From assembly GCA_910580135.1 (NCBI GenBank), contig CAJTXC010000001.1, positions 2,425 to 66,424 on the forward strand: a DNA stretch of 64,000 bases, in the 5' to 3' direction. The translations under genes were made by a program, and so were the position numbers. The stretch comes from an uncultured Bacilli bacterium (lineage in GTDB: Bacteria; Bacillota_I; Bacilli_A; RF39; UBA660). The notes under the pieces are model-generated. The model saw nothing but the letters and a program-made list of their open reading frames with translations, ran no database searches and was not told the origin of the DNA. Positions 35,171 to 45,149 of this stretch are shown here, one piece after another; positions within the stretch are counted from its first letter, which is position 1; each line of letters opens with the position of its first letter.

Positions 35171-35857
35171 ATGGCGTCAATATCAATGTTAGTGTCGGAA
35201 TTTGCACATTCTCTAAAAAGTCCTAATAATAAAGCTCTCAGAGAAAATATTAAACTTCTTATAGTTCATACACGTAACGAGATTATTCGTAGAAGTTATG
35301 AAAATCACGGTTATGTAGATAAAGGTCTTGTTCAAAGATTTAAAGTTAGTCTTACTGATGTTTATGATGGAGAGATAACTCTCCCAGAAGGTTGTGAGGA
35401 TATAGATATTACAAAGATTAAGCGTAGTCTTCAAAAAGTTCCTACTCCTGTTAGACTTACAAATAATCTTCCTTTTGATAGAATTAGTTCTGTAGGATAT
35501 AGAACATCAAGAGAATTTCCTTTTATTAAGGAAACTACTGCTCGTTTTAGAAGTTCTGTTCCTGGACTTTGTGGTATGCCTTGTTACGATTATATAAATG
35601 GTTATATTTATATATTTCCTACAGATAATAAAACTTTTGATATTAATCAAATAGTTATAGAGTCTGCTTTTGAACATCCTACTGAAATTCAAATCGCTAA
35701 TAACGAAGTTGATAGTATGGATGTTCTTATGGATGAAAATGAATTTCTTTTGTCTGAAGATATGATTGGACAACTTAAAGAAATCATATATAAGCGAGAT
35801 TTACTTAGTACTATTCGTGAAACTAATGAAATTCCAGATACTGTAAAGTTTAATTAA
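35171..35857 (+). CDS. hypothetical virion protein (228 aa)
   Basis: ATG ORF. Confidence 0.55.
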   Translation: MASISMLVSEFAHSLKSPNNKALRENIKLLIVHTRNEIIRRSYENHGYVDKGLVQRFKVSLTDVYDGEITLPEGCEDIDITKIKRSLQKVPTPVRLTNNLPFDRISSVGYRTSREFPFIKETTARFRSSVPGLCGMPCYDYINGYIYIFPTDNKTFDINQIVIESAFEHPTEIQIANNEVDSMDVLMDENEFLLSEDMIGQLKEIIYKRDLLSTIRETNEIPDTVKFN

Positions 35858-35858
35858 T

Positions 35859-36803
35859 ATGGCAATTAAAGAAATACCTACTAACTTTAGAGTATATTAT
35901 AAATTGTTTATTGAAGACAATAAACAAAAACTTGAAGATGCTCTTAAACAAAAAGAAGATTTAGAAGAATCTGTTAGAGTTAAGCATATTACTATTTCTG
36001 CATGGAAAGATATTTATGAAACCCAGTTTAATATAAAATTAGATGATTATATAGAGTTTAAAAGAAATACATATATTACAGGAAGTTTTTATAGAATGGC
36101 TAAAGGTCTACTTATAAATAAACAAAATAATTATGAACTTATAGCTGATTCTTTTAATCTTTTCGATTTAGCTGATACTCAAAAACAATTAGATAATTGT
36201 ATTCAACGTATCACCTTTTATAAGAAATGTATCAAACTAACTCTTAAAGAATATACTGAAATTCTTAGAGTTTATTATACTGAAGTTCATAAGAAACTTA
36301 TTCTTGAAGGACAAGGATATGCTTTTAGTAATGGTATAGGTTGGATTTGTGTTAATCGTTGTCTTTTTGATAAACGACATCCAATGCTTGATTATGCTGC
36401 TACTAAAAAGAAAGAGAAAGAACTTAGAGAAAAAGGTGAACGTATTTATGATAAAGAAGAAGCTGAATGGTGTGCTCGTAATGGATTAGAATACGATGGT
36501 AAAGATAAAAGAGTATTTGTTTGCAATGAATATTGTTATCAAATTCCTCTTATAGATTGTAAACTTCCAGGTAGTAATCATCTTAAATTAGAAATAGGGG
36601 ATTATAGACATAGAAGTTTGCGTGGAAAGAGTAATGATGAAATTATAGAAATGTGTAATAGTGATACAAAGAAAATTTGTGAACTTCCATTAGATTTAAA
36701 AACTAAAGTTACTCTTTGTGACAAAGCTGATAAAATTTTATATACTAAATTTATAAGAAATGAAAATCAAAAACCAATTACCTTTAGCAAGACTAATAGG
36801 TAA
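35859..36803 (+). CDS. hypothetical virion protein (314 aa)
   Basis: ATG ORF. Confidence 0.55.
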   Translation: MAIKEIPTNFRVYYKLFIEDNKQKLEDALKQKEDLEESVRVKHITISAWKDIYETQFNIKLDDYIEFKRNTYITGSFYRMAKGLLINKQNNYELIADSFNLFDLADTQKQLDNCIQRITFYKKCIKLTLKEYTEILRVYYTEVHKKLILEGQGYAFSNGIGWICVNRCLFDKRHPMLDYAATKKKEKELREKGERIYDKEEAEWCARNGLEYDGKDKRVFVCNEYCYQIPLIDCKLPGSNHLKLEIGDYRHRSLRGKSNDEIIEMCNSDTKKICELPLDLKTKVTLCDKADKILYTKFIRNENQKPITFSKTNR

Positions 36804-37506
36804 AATAGATAATGATTTTAATATAAGTGAATCTGATTGGATTCCGCGAGTAGCTGCTTGGACTATTGATGCACTATCTCAAATGCAAGTTCTACCAATG
36901 GAAAGAAAGCGTAGAAAACTTGAAGTTAGTAATAGAATTGCACAATTTCCTTGTACTATAAACGCTACTGAACTTAAAGTCTATGATAAAAATGGTTGTG
37001 AAATACAAGAACTTAATAGTATAAATTCTTGTGGTTGTAGTAAATCTGGTAAAACTACTCCACAAGAAATTGCTGTTATAGATGACACCAATAAAACAGG
37101 AGTAAACTTTATGAAAGTTGGAACTATTGCAGTAAATGGTGGTAATCGTAATTTTGTTCTTGATGGAAATAATATTGAACTTAGCTTTGATACAGATGAA
37201 ATTGAAGTAGAAACTTATGAAACTGCTACTTATTTTGATGAATATTATCAATGTGAAGTTCCTTATATTTACGATAATGGAATATTGCTTGAAGCTCTTG
37301 CTTGGTATGTTTTATTTAAATATTTAAGTAGAGGTAGTAAGCATCAAGTTTACAGTCTTGCAAGTAATAGTCCAGTTACTAATCCTTATCTACAATGGAA
37401 TGTTCTTAGACCTAAAGCTATGGCTGCTGTTAAAATAGCAATTAATAATAGTCATGATGGTTGGAATAATTTCTTTTATAATAGTACATTTCTTCCAAGA
37501 GGTTAA
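36760..37506 (+). CDS. hypothetical virion protein (248 aa)
   Basis: ATG ORF with a 44-nt out-of-frame overlap with the previous gene. Confidence 0.5.
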   Translation: MKIKNQLPLARLIGKIDNDFNISESDWIPRVAAWTIDALSQMQVLPMERKRRKLEVSNRIAQFPCTINATELKVYDKNGCEIQELNSINSCGCSKSGKTTPQEIAVIDDTNKTGVNFMKVGTIAVNGGNRNFVLDGNNIELSFDTDEIEVETYETATYFDEYYQCEVPYIYDNGILLEALAWYVLFKYLSRGSKHQVYSLASNSPVTNPYLQWNVLRPKAMAAVKIAINNSHDGWNNFFYNSTFLPRG

Positions 37507-37509
37507 CTT

Positions 37510-40500
37510 ATGGCACAGATAATTCCTAAATTAAATCTTAATAAAACTCCTTCTATAATAGAATCTAATAGTTTAGTATTTGCTAAAAATATCAGACTTG
37601 ATATTGATGGTTCTATTCATAAAGATTATGGGGTTTTCCCAATGAGTATTCATAAGGGAAAAAATACAGATAATCTTGTTAATTATAAAACTATTCTTAA
37701 TAGGATTATTTCTGATATAGAAGAAAGTACAAAAGGAACAGAAACTCCTGAAGATTATATTCTTCTTAGTTATGTTCATCTACAATGGATTTCTGGTAAA
37801 GAAATAAAAGATGAAGATAATAATGTAATTGCCAGTAAAGGAACTCATAAAATTGTTGGTATTATATCTAACAGTAATGAGTTCTATATCTTTATTAATG
37901 GTAATTGTGTTAGAGGTACTGATTCAAATGGTAAAGATATAACAGAAGTATATAACTTTATTATTTGTTATGACGAAAAAGAAGATAGATTTTATCCTTG
38001 TAACTGTAATTGGAATTGGTCTGGTGGAACAATAACTGGTTGTGTTATAAATAATCTTCTTGGAGAAAAGATTCTAAATATTGGAGAAAAAGATGCTACA
38101 ACATTAGTTCCTTTAAAGTGTATAAATTTAAATACATCTACTATAGGTGATGATGAAAGAATTTATACACAAACTTCTAATATTCCTATTACTAATCTTA
38201 ACTTTATAGGTTCTTTTAATTATGTTATTCCTAATGGAGTATATCAATTCTTTGTAAGATATAAAATTAGAGATAATTTTTATACTGATTGGTTTCCTGC
38301 AAGTAAAGAATTATTTGCTGGTAATAAGAATATAAATAATACAAGTTTTGGTACTGTTAAATTTGTAAATACTCATAGAGATTCTGATAATAGTTTTAAG
38401 TTTTCTGTTGAACATCTTTTCATTAATCAAAAATATAATTATCAAAGTTTCCAAATAGGTTTCATTATTTCACATGATGATGCTATAATGGCTCGTGCTT
38501 GGAAACATTTTGATTTTAATGTAAATACTATTAATTTTGATTATAATGCAAGAGATGCTTATGAAATAGAAGTTATAGATTTACTTAAGAGTGCTTATCA
38601 ACTTTATGATGTAGGTAATATTACAAGTTTTAAAAATAGACTTTATATAGCTAATTATAAAGAAACTGATTTTAATGAAGATTTACAAGATAAAGCAAAC
38701 GAAATAAGAATTGAAATTACTGACCAAAGTGCTACTAGCGGTTATGATGGTTATCCCATTATAGAACGTACTCTTAATGGAAAAACTGTTATTGCTGGTC
38801 TTAAAATAGGAGAAGAAGAACTTTCTTTTAGTGGTTCTAATGGTATAATAGATAAACTTTTAAGATTAAAAAATAATTATAATGATGAAAGTGTTAAAGA
38901 TGCTATAATAGATGCTATAGGTAGTAATTCAAGTAATGGTTATAGATGTGGTGCTAAACAATGGTCTATTCAAATTAGTGGTAATAAGCAATCTTTAACT
39001 GGTGCTCAAAATCAGTTTAGATATAGTCATTCAGGAAATGATTATAGTGGCTTTATTTTTCAAATAGCTATTCAGAATATAAAAGTAGGAGGTAGTTATA
39101 TTAATACTTTTACTATAGATGCTATTCTTTCTGCTATTTATAGTAAAACTAGATATTTAAATGAAAGTTGCATTTTCATAAATAATTCTGGAGCTGAAGA
39201 TTATCAAGTAGATATTGAAATAATAAGAAAATGTTCTTATACTCATAAACATTGGGTACCTAATGGAATGAAACCTTACGACCCAAGTTTAGGTGATGAT
39301 TATATAGATGTAAATCCAGGTGGTGATAATTTAGGAAGACCAAGTGATACTATTATTGGTGGAAGCGGTGGTCATTACGAATATACTACAGTAAATTCTA
39401 CATATACTCAAACTATTTCTCTTAGATTATGGGGAGATAGAAGTAAATATAAATCTACAGATTCTAATCTTCTTTTAGGATATACTACTCTTATTCCTTA
39501 TCAAAAATATAAATTTTATATTCATTATGTTAAACAAAATGGTGAAATAACTAATGGATATTATTGCAATGGTAGAACTGGAGGAATAAAAACTGTTCCT
39601 TATAAAAGTGCTGTTGATTCTGTTATATTTCCTAAATTTACTAATATTAATCTTCCTAAAGGATATGTAGCTTGTTTCTTTAGTATAGTTCATGTTGAAA
39701 ACACTGTTGCTACAGTATACGACATTAATACTGATAATACATACGGAGAAGCAAGTTGTATGGATATTAATGTTGGTCTTATGCCAGGAAGTGATAACAT
39801 GACTATTAAACAAGGTTTTACTTCAGCCTCTGGTGGTATAGGTGACATAGGTGGCGTAATAATAAATCCTGATTTTCCTATAATAAAAGACCCTATTATA
39901 ACTGCTAGTGAAAATAATGAAGAAGAACAATCTGATATAACACCCACTTTACCCCCAATATCAACAACTCAAACTGAAATTAAAACAAATAGTGCTAAAT
40001 ATTATTATAGTAGTGATACATCTAATATAAGATATTTTGGTGCTGACGGTATTATTCAGTTTGATAAAGATTCTAATATAGTTAGCGGAAAAGTAGCTTA
40101 TCTTGTTAATGATTATACTATATCAGATGCAGAAGATACACAATTAACTAAATGTACTCCATTTATAAATCCTCTTACTCTTTCAAAAGAGAATAATGTT
40201 ACAGTTTATTCTTCTTTTGATAATATGAATTTATTAGGATTTATTTGTGCTATAAATCCTTTGCATAGAGAAAGAACTATTAAATATTATACTGATGGTT
40301 CTTCTGTTTATCTTAAAAAAAATATAGAAGAAGCTGAAGATGGTACTGGAGCATATTTTTCTCTTGTTGAACTTAAAAATCATTTATTAGATGCTTCAAC
40401 TTATGATGAGAAACTTACAGCTTTAAGTATCATAAACACAGATATAGAATATATTTATTCTAATTATAACTTAAATTATATGGGTCTTAATGAAGACCCT

Positions 40501-41973
40501 GTTGAAACATATAAAACTTATTATAATAATACTTCAGAGCAAACTACAGATAATTCTACTCCTACAGGAAGTGTAGTTCTTAGACTTTTTAAGAGTCTTA
40601 TGATGAGTTCTACTTATATGCTTCCTGCAATGTATAAAACTTATACAAAGAAAACTTATAGTATTTATAGAAGAAATGAAGTTACAGAATTTAATAATAC
40701 TATTCGAGCAAGTAAACTTGAAGGTGACGAATCTTCTATAAATATTTATAAATTTGAACCAAATGACTATTATAATGTGCCAACTAATAGAGGTTTAATT
40801 ATTAATCTCATATCAGTTGGTGATGCTATTTTAGTTCATACAGAAGATAGTATGTTTAGATTTTCTGGTAGTAATACAATTCAATCTTCTGATGGTGAAA
40901 TTCAACCTGCTGAAAATAATGTATTTGACACAGGTGTTTCTGAAGTTTTTGGTAGTGATTTTGGTTTTGCCGGACTTCAATATAAAACAGACCATATAGT
41001 TACTGAAAATGGCTATATCTTCTTTGATAGAGATTCTCGTATAGTTTATATGTATTCTGGTCAAGGTCAAATTGTCAAACTTAGCGATTCTATTGAAAAA
41101 CTTTTTAGACATAGACCTATTGAAAGTATTAGATTTGCTAATGATTATTATAATAATCGTTTCTTTATGTCTATTTTGTTTTATGAAGACTATACTGCTA
41201 CTGAGAACGGTAAGCCTGTAATTAAACAAAGATATTATCCTGTTACTCTTTCATTTAATATTACAGAAAACGTTAGGTCTTTTGTTAGTCTACATGATTT
41301 TTATTATGGTTATGCTTTTAATACTAAGACTAAATGCTATTTCTTAGCAGATGATATGCAAGATATTTGTACTATAGATAAAGAATATAAAGGCTGTTAT
41401 AGTAAACTTGAACTTTATAACGATAAACTTTATCTACAAAAAAGAGAAACGCAGATAATTAAGTTAGTAGATACAGATACTGCTGGAGCAGCTATTGTTA
41501 ATTATATTATTAAATTATATGATTCTATATTAGATATTATAGATAACAATAATTACGAAACAGTTAAAACATTAAATTCAATAAATTGGTGTGGAAATAA
41601 AGTAACTTCTGAATTTAGAGATATAGCTCAAAATAATGAAGTTACTCTCAATATGGTTGAAGAAGTAAATGATGTAGTTCCTTGTAAATACATAAGAATT
41701 TATTCTGATACTTGTATGAGCAATCTTTTACCTTGTACTTCAAGGTCTAATGATAAATCTATTTCTGCATTAGACTACACTAAATATCCTTTTTATAATC
41801 AAGGTACTTGGACTTTTAATTATTTTAGGAATATTCTTAATTCTAAAAATAATAAAACAAGATATTCTGGAGATAATAATAGTCTTATAGAAGGTAAATA
41901 TTTTGTAGTAAGATTTGTTTTCGATAGTGATTTTAAACTTGAAACTTTATATTTAAATTATAACGCAAAATGA
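37510..41973 (+). CDS. very large tail-associated protein (1487 aa), function unknown
   Basis: Long ATG ORF in the tail module with ATGA overlap to the next gene. Confidence 0.6.
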   Translation: MAQIIPKLNLNKTPSIIESNSLVFAKNIRLDIDGSIHKDYGVFPMSIHKGKNTDNLVNYKTILNRIISDIEESTKGTETPEDYILLSYVHLQWISGKEIKDEDNNVIASKGTHKIVGIISNSNEFYIFINGNCVRGTDSNGKDITEVYNFIICYDEKEDRFYPCNCNWNWSGGTITGCVINNLLGEKILNIGEKDATTLVPLKCINLNTSTIGDDERIYTQTSNIPITNLNFIGSFNYVIPNGVYQFFVRYKIRDNFYTDWFPASKELFAGNKNINNTSFGTVKFVNTHRDSDNSFKFSVEHLFINQKYNYQSFQIGFIISHDDAIMARAWKHFDFNVNTINFDYNARDAYEIEVIDLLKSAYQLYDVGNITSFKNRLYIANYKETDFNEDLQDKANEIRIEITDQSATSGYDGYPIIERTLNGKTVIAGLKIGEEELSFSGSNGIIDKLLRLKNNYNDESVKDAIIDAIGSNSSNGYRCGAKQWSIQISGNKQSLTGAQNQFRYSHSGNDYSGFIFQIAIQNIKVGGSYINTFTIDAILSAIYSKTRYLNESCIFINNSGAEDYQVDIEIIRKCSYTHKHWVPNGMKPYDPSLGDDYIDVNPGGDNLGRPSDTIIGGSGGHYEYTTVNSTYTQTISLRLWGDRSKYKSTDSNLLLGYTTLIPYQKYKFYIHYVKQNGEITNGYYCNGRTGGIKTVPYKSAVDSVIFPKFTNINLPKGYVACFFSIVHVENTVATVYDINTDNTYGEASCMDINVGLMPGSDNMTIKQGFTSASGGIGDIGGVIINPDFPIIKDPIITASENNEEEQSDITPTLPPISTTQTEIKTNSAKYYYSSDTSNIRYFGADGIIQFDKDSNIVSGKVAYLVNDYTISDAEDTQLTKCTPFINPLTLSKENNVTVYSSFDNMNLLGFICAINPLHRERTIKYYTDGSSVYLKKNIEEAEDGTGAYFSLVELKNHLLDASTYDEKLTALSIINTDIEYIYSNYNLNYMGLNEDPVETYKTYYNNTSEQTTDNSTPTGSVVLRLFKSLMMSSTYMLPAMYKTYTKKTYSIYRRNEVTEFNNTIRASKLEGDESSINIYKFEPNDYYNVPTNRGLIINLISVGDAILVHTEDSMFRFSGSNTIQSSDGEIQPAENNVFDTGVSEVFGSDFGFAGLQYKTDHIVTENGYIFFDRDSRIVYMYSGQGQIVKLSDSIEKLFRHRPIESIRFANDYYNNRFFMSILFYEDYTATENGKPVIKQRYYPVTLSFNITENVRSFVSLHDFYYGYAFNTKTKCYFLADDMQDICTIDKEYKGCYSKLELYNDKLYLQKRETQIIKLVDTDTAGAAIVNYIIKLYDSILDIIDNNNYETVKTLNSINWCGNKVTSEFRDIAQNNEVTLNMVEEVNDVVPCKYIRIYSDTCMSNLLPCTSRSNDKSISALDYTKYPFYNQGTWTFNYFRNILNSKNNKTRYSGDNNSLIEGKYFVVRFVFDSDFKLETLYLNYNAK

Positions 41974-43847
41974 GTAGAATAAGACTTAAAGATGATGGTA
42001 AGCCTCGTCATAAAGCTTTATTTGGTGCAGATGGTGCTGTGATGGCTGCTGCTACATTAGCTGCTGCTGGTATTACTGCTGGTGCTACAGCTGCTGCTGC
42101 TAAATCTCAAGCTAAAGCTATGGTAGAAAATGCTAAAACTCAAGCACAATCTATAAAAGACCAAACTACTAATAGTAATAATCTTCAAAAAGAACAACTT
42201 GCTTTTACTCGTTCTCAAAATCAAGAGAACAGACAACAACAGCAAGATATTCAAACTACTCTTCAGCTTATGGCTGGACAAGAGAATATGAATGATAGAA
42301 TGGAACGTAATAAAATGCAAGTTAGACTTGGTGGTAAACCTAAACGTAGAACTATCACTGCACCTTTCTACGGGGGAGGTCAATTCCAAGTAACTGATGG
42401 TGGTGGAGTTATTCCACTTTCTGTTACACCTGACGGTTATGGTCTTTATGAGCTTTATGGTAATGACCACGAACATTATCATAAAACTTCTGGTGGAAAG
42501 AACAAAACCGGTGTTGGAATTAAATTCAATGACGGTTCTGTTGTAGAAGGAGAAGGCAACCAAAATACTAATCAAGGTGAACTTCTTTATGTTACTCCTA
42601 ATGATGCTATGTTTATTTCAAAACATAGCATTGGTGGTTTTAATCCTACTCAAGCAGTTATGAGTGGTGTTCATCCTGAACAAGCTTTTGCTATTCAAGA
42701 AACACTTAAAGATGAAAAAGGACTTAATGATGATGGTAGTAAATCTAAACGCCGTAGTCTTAAACGTATGCTTGGTGGTCCAACTCAATATCCTGAACAA
42801 GTTAATATGACACAAAATCCTAATAACGGTACAGGTTCTGTTGCAGGTGGTGTCATATATGGTATAAATAATTCAACCACCTCCCCCGTAGAAAAGCTAA
42901 AATATAACAATGCTATTGCTAAACATGGTGGTCGTATTCATCTTAAATGTGGTGGTAGACGTAAAGCTGCTTGGGGTGATTATGCTGGAGCAACTTATAA
43001 TGCAGCAGGTAATCTTCTTGGTGCTGGTATTTCTACTTGGGGAAATATGTGGGCTTCTAATAGACTTGGTAAAGCATATAATGAAGCTGGTAATATTCTT
43101 GCAGATGCTTATTCTCAAATGCATGGTATTGATATGAGTGAACTCAAAATGGAAGATTATGCTGCTCCTCATACTTTAGCTGTTGTTAGAGATGCAAATA
43201 ATATAAGTTATGACCCACAAAGAGAACGTATTCATCGTAATTCTGCTTCTGAACGTAGAGAAATAAATCGTGGAACTTTAAGTTCTGCTGCTCGTCAGCA
43301 AAGACTTGCTGCTACTAATGATAGAATGTTCCAACGTATTAGTGAAGTAGATGCTACAGAAAATAATGCAAGAGAATCTATACGACAAGGTAATGCTGAA
43401 CGTATAACTCAAACTGCTCAAGCTAATGCAGATAGAGATGTTCAAGCTCGTAGAGATTTTGGTAATCAAAGACTTTCACTTCTTCAATATAATAATAATA
43501 TTGAAAATGCTAAGATAGCGGGTATGGCTCAAGCTCGTGCTGATGCGCTTACTCAGTCTTCTATGGCTCATGCACAAGGTATGCAAGCAAGTATGTCTGC
43601 TATTGGTTCAGGACTTGCTAATTCAGGTCAAGGCTTTGCTTCTGCTTTTGATGCTGCAAGAAAAGAAAAAACAGATTTTACTAATACTTATATAGGATTA
43701 GGAGATATAGATAAAGTAAATGCTGCTATTCTTAGATATAAGCAAACAGGAGACAAATCTTTTATAAATAGTTTATTAGCTGGTAATACAATAAGTGACG
43801 AAGCTAGAGCTAAATTACAAGATACACTAACTAAAAAGAAAAGTTAA
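41970..43847 (+). CDS. putative internal/ejection protein (625 aa), Ala-rich hydrophobic N-terminus, Q/N-rich
   Basis: The N-terminal segment is ALFGADGAVMAAATLAAAGITAGATAAAA. It contains an inverted motif pair (42367 and 42881). Confidence 0.4.
   Translation: MSRIRLKDDGKPRHKALFGADGAVMAAATLAAAGITAGATAAAAKSQAKAMVENAKTQAQSIKDQTTNSNNLQKEQLAFTRSQNQENRQQQQDIQTTLQLMAGQENMNDRMERNKMQVRLGGKPKRRTITAPFYGGGQFQVTDGGGVIPLSVTPDGYGLYELYGNDHEHYHKTSGGKNKTGVGIKFNDGSVVEGEGNQNTNQGELLYVTPNDAMFISKHSIGGFNPTQAVMSGVHPEQAFAIQETLKDEKGLNDDGSKSKRRSLKRMLGGPTQYPEQVNMTQNPNNGTGSVAGGVIYGINNSTTSPVEKLKYNNAIAKHGGRIHLKCGGRRKAAWGDYAGATYNAAGNLLGAGISTWGNMWASNRLGKAYNEAGNILADAYSQMHGIDMSELKMEDYAAPHTLAVVRDANNISYDPQRERIHRNSASERREINRGTLSSAARQQRLAATNDRMFQRISEVDATENNARESIRQGNAERITQTAQANADRDVQARRDFGNQRLSLLQYNNNIENAKIAGMAQARADALTQSSMAHAQGMQASMSAIGSGLANSGQGFASAFDAARKEKTDFTNTYIGLGDIDKVNAAILRYKQTGDKSFINSLLAGNTISDEARAKLQDTLTKKKS
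42367..42378 (+). repeat. iterated motif, exact TCTACGGGGGAG
   Basis: Context caccTTTCTACGGGGGAGGTcaa, inside ORF 41970-43847, read in a different frame as PFYGGGQ. Confidence 0.9.
42881..42892 (-). repeat. iterated motif, exact (CTCCCCCGTAGA)
   Basis: Context CAACCACCTCCCCCGTAGAAAA, same ORF, read as STTSPVEK. Confidence 0.9.
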
Positions 43848-43853
43848 TATATT

Positions 43854-45137
43854 ATGGCAGATATACCTACTATGAGTCTTAAAGCAGCACCTATGCAATT
43901 TGCTACTTTTACTCCTGTACAATATACTCCTCAAACAGCTGATCCAACACTTCTTTCGAGGTCTATGGCTGCTCAAGAGGCTAGACAAGAAAAAGCTAAT
44001 CAATATTTATTAGCTATAGATAGTACATTAGCTGAAAAAAGAAAACTTCTTAATAAAGCTGATTATGATTGGATGGCACAACAAGCTAATGCTGTTAGAT
44101 CTGAAGTAGATAGACAATTAGAACTTGGTAATTGGCAAAGTGCTATTCGTGTTGCTCAGCAATCTGCAAGAGATTTGACTAGAAATACAGAATTAGAAGA
44201 TAGAATAAGAGCTAATGAAGCATATACAACAGAACGTAACAAAATACAATCTGGTAATTATAGTTCTTATACTAAACGTAGATGGGATGCTATAAACCAA
44301 TATCAATTTAATGGAACTGCTGATTGGACTCCTACTTTTCGTCCTGTAACAGATATGTCTGTTGCTGATATTTGGAATATAGCTGTTAGTAGAACTCCTA
44401 TTAGAAGTAAATCTTCTTCTTGGTCTAGAACTGGTAATACTCATACTTTTTTAGACAATAATGGTAATTTAATTACAGATATAACGGAACAACATACTGA
44501 TGAACAAGGAAATACAAACATACGAGTAGCAGACGGTGTTATAGGTACATACTCTACTACAACAGAAACTCATGGTGGAAGTAGTTCTGTTCAAGAAAAA
44601 AGAGAATCTGATATTATCGCTATATTTAACAATATGTTAAAAGATGATAATATTAGAGGAGCTTTACGACAAGAATATGATAATATGCTTTGGCTATATG
44701 ACCAAGCAACTTCTATTATAGCTAATCCTAATGCTACAGAAGAACAGTTAAAACAAGCTAGAGCTGATTTAGATGTTGCTACTAGTAGTTTATCAAATAA
44801 AGATGGCTTTATATACGCAGGAAATGATGAAGATTTTAATGCTTGGGTAAATGCTCAAGCGGCGCAATATGCTAAAGATAGTGCATATAGACATACTTCT
44901 ACGAGTAAAAATGATAGTGTTACTACTTCTTATAGCGATGGAGCATTAGGTACAGTAAATTCTAATAGAAACGTTCAAGCTATTAATATGTACAGTCCTG
45001 GTTTTGCTACAACTGTAGGTCCTAATATTACTTATACAGCTGTTCCTTATTTAGGAAATTATAATGCGGCTAATATTATGCCTTTATTATATCCTGTACA
45101 AAATACTGTTCCTACTAATTCAAATACTACTAATTAA
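43854..45137 (+). CDS. hypothetical virion protein (427 aa)
   Basis: ATG ORF. Confidence 0.55.
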   Translation: MADIPTMSLKAAPMQFATFTPVQYTPQTADPTLLSRSMAAQEARQEKANQYLLAIDSTLAEKRKLLNKADYDWMAQQANAVRSEVDRQLELGNWQSAIRVAQQSARDLTRNTELEDRIRANEAYTTERNKIQSGNYSSYTKRRWDAINQYQFNGTADWTPTFRPVTDMSVADIWNIAVSRTPIRSKSSSWSRTGNTHTFLDNNGNLITDITEQHTDEQGNTNIRVADGVIGTYSTTTETHGGSSSVQEKRESDIIAIFNNMLKDDNIRGALRQEYDNMLWLYDQATSIIANPNATEEQLKQARADLDVATSSLSNKDGFIYAGNDEDFNAWVNAQAAQYAKDSAYRHTSTSKNDSVTTSYSDGALGTVNSNRNVQAINMYSPGFATTVGPNITYTAVPYLGNYNAANIMPLLYPVQNTVPTNSNTTN

Positions 45138-45149
45138 ATTATAAATATT

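Noticed and set aside
42367-42892. Inverted motif pairs as recombinase-driven invertible (shufflon-like) coding segments.
   Set aside because: The reverse complement of the interiors is not open; minus-strand ORFs in 42057-42815 are short and broken. Inversion would therefore truncate the genes. No invertase or integrase gene is visible in the window.
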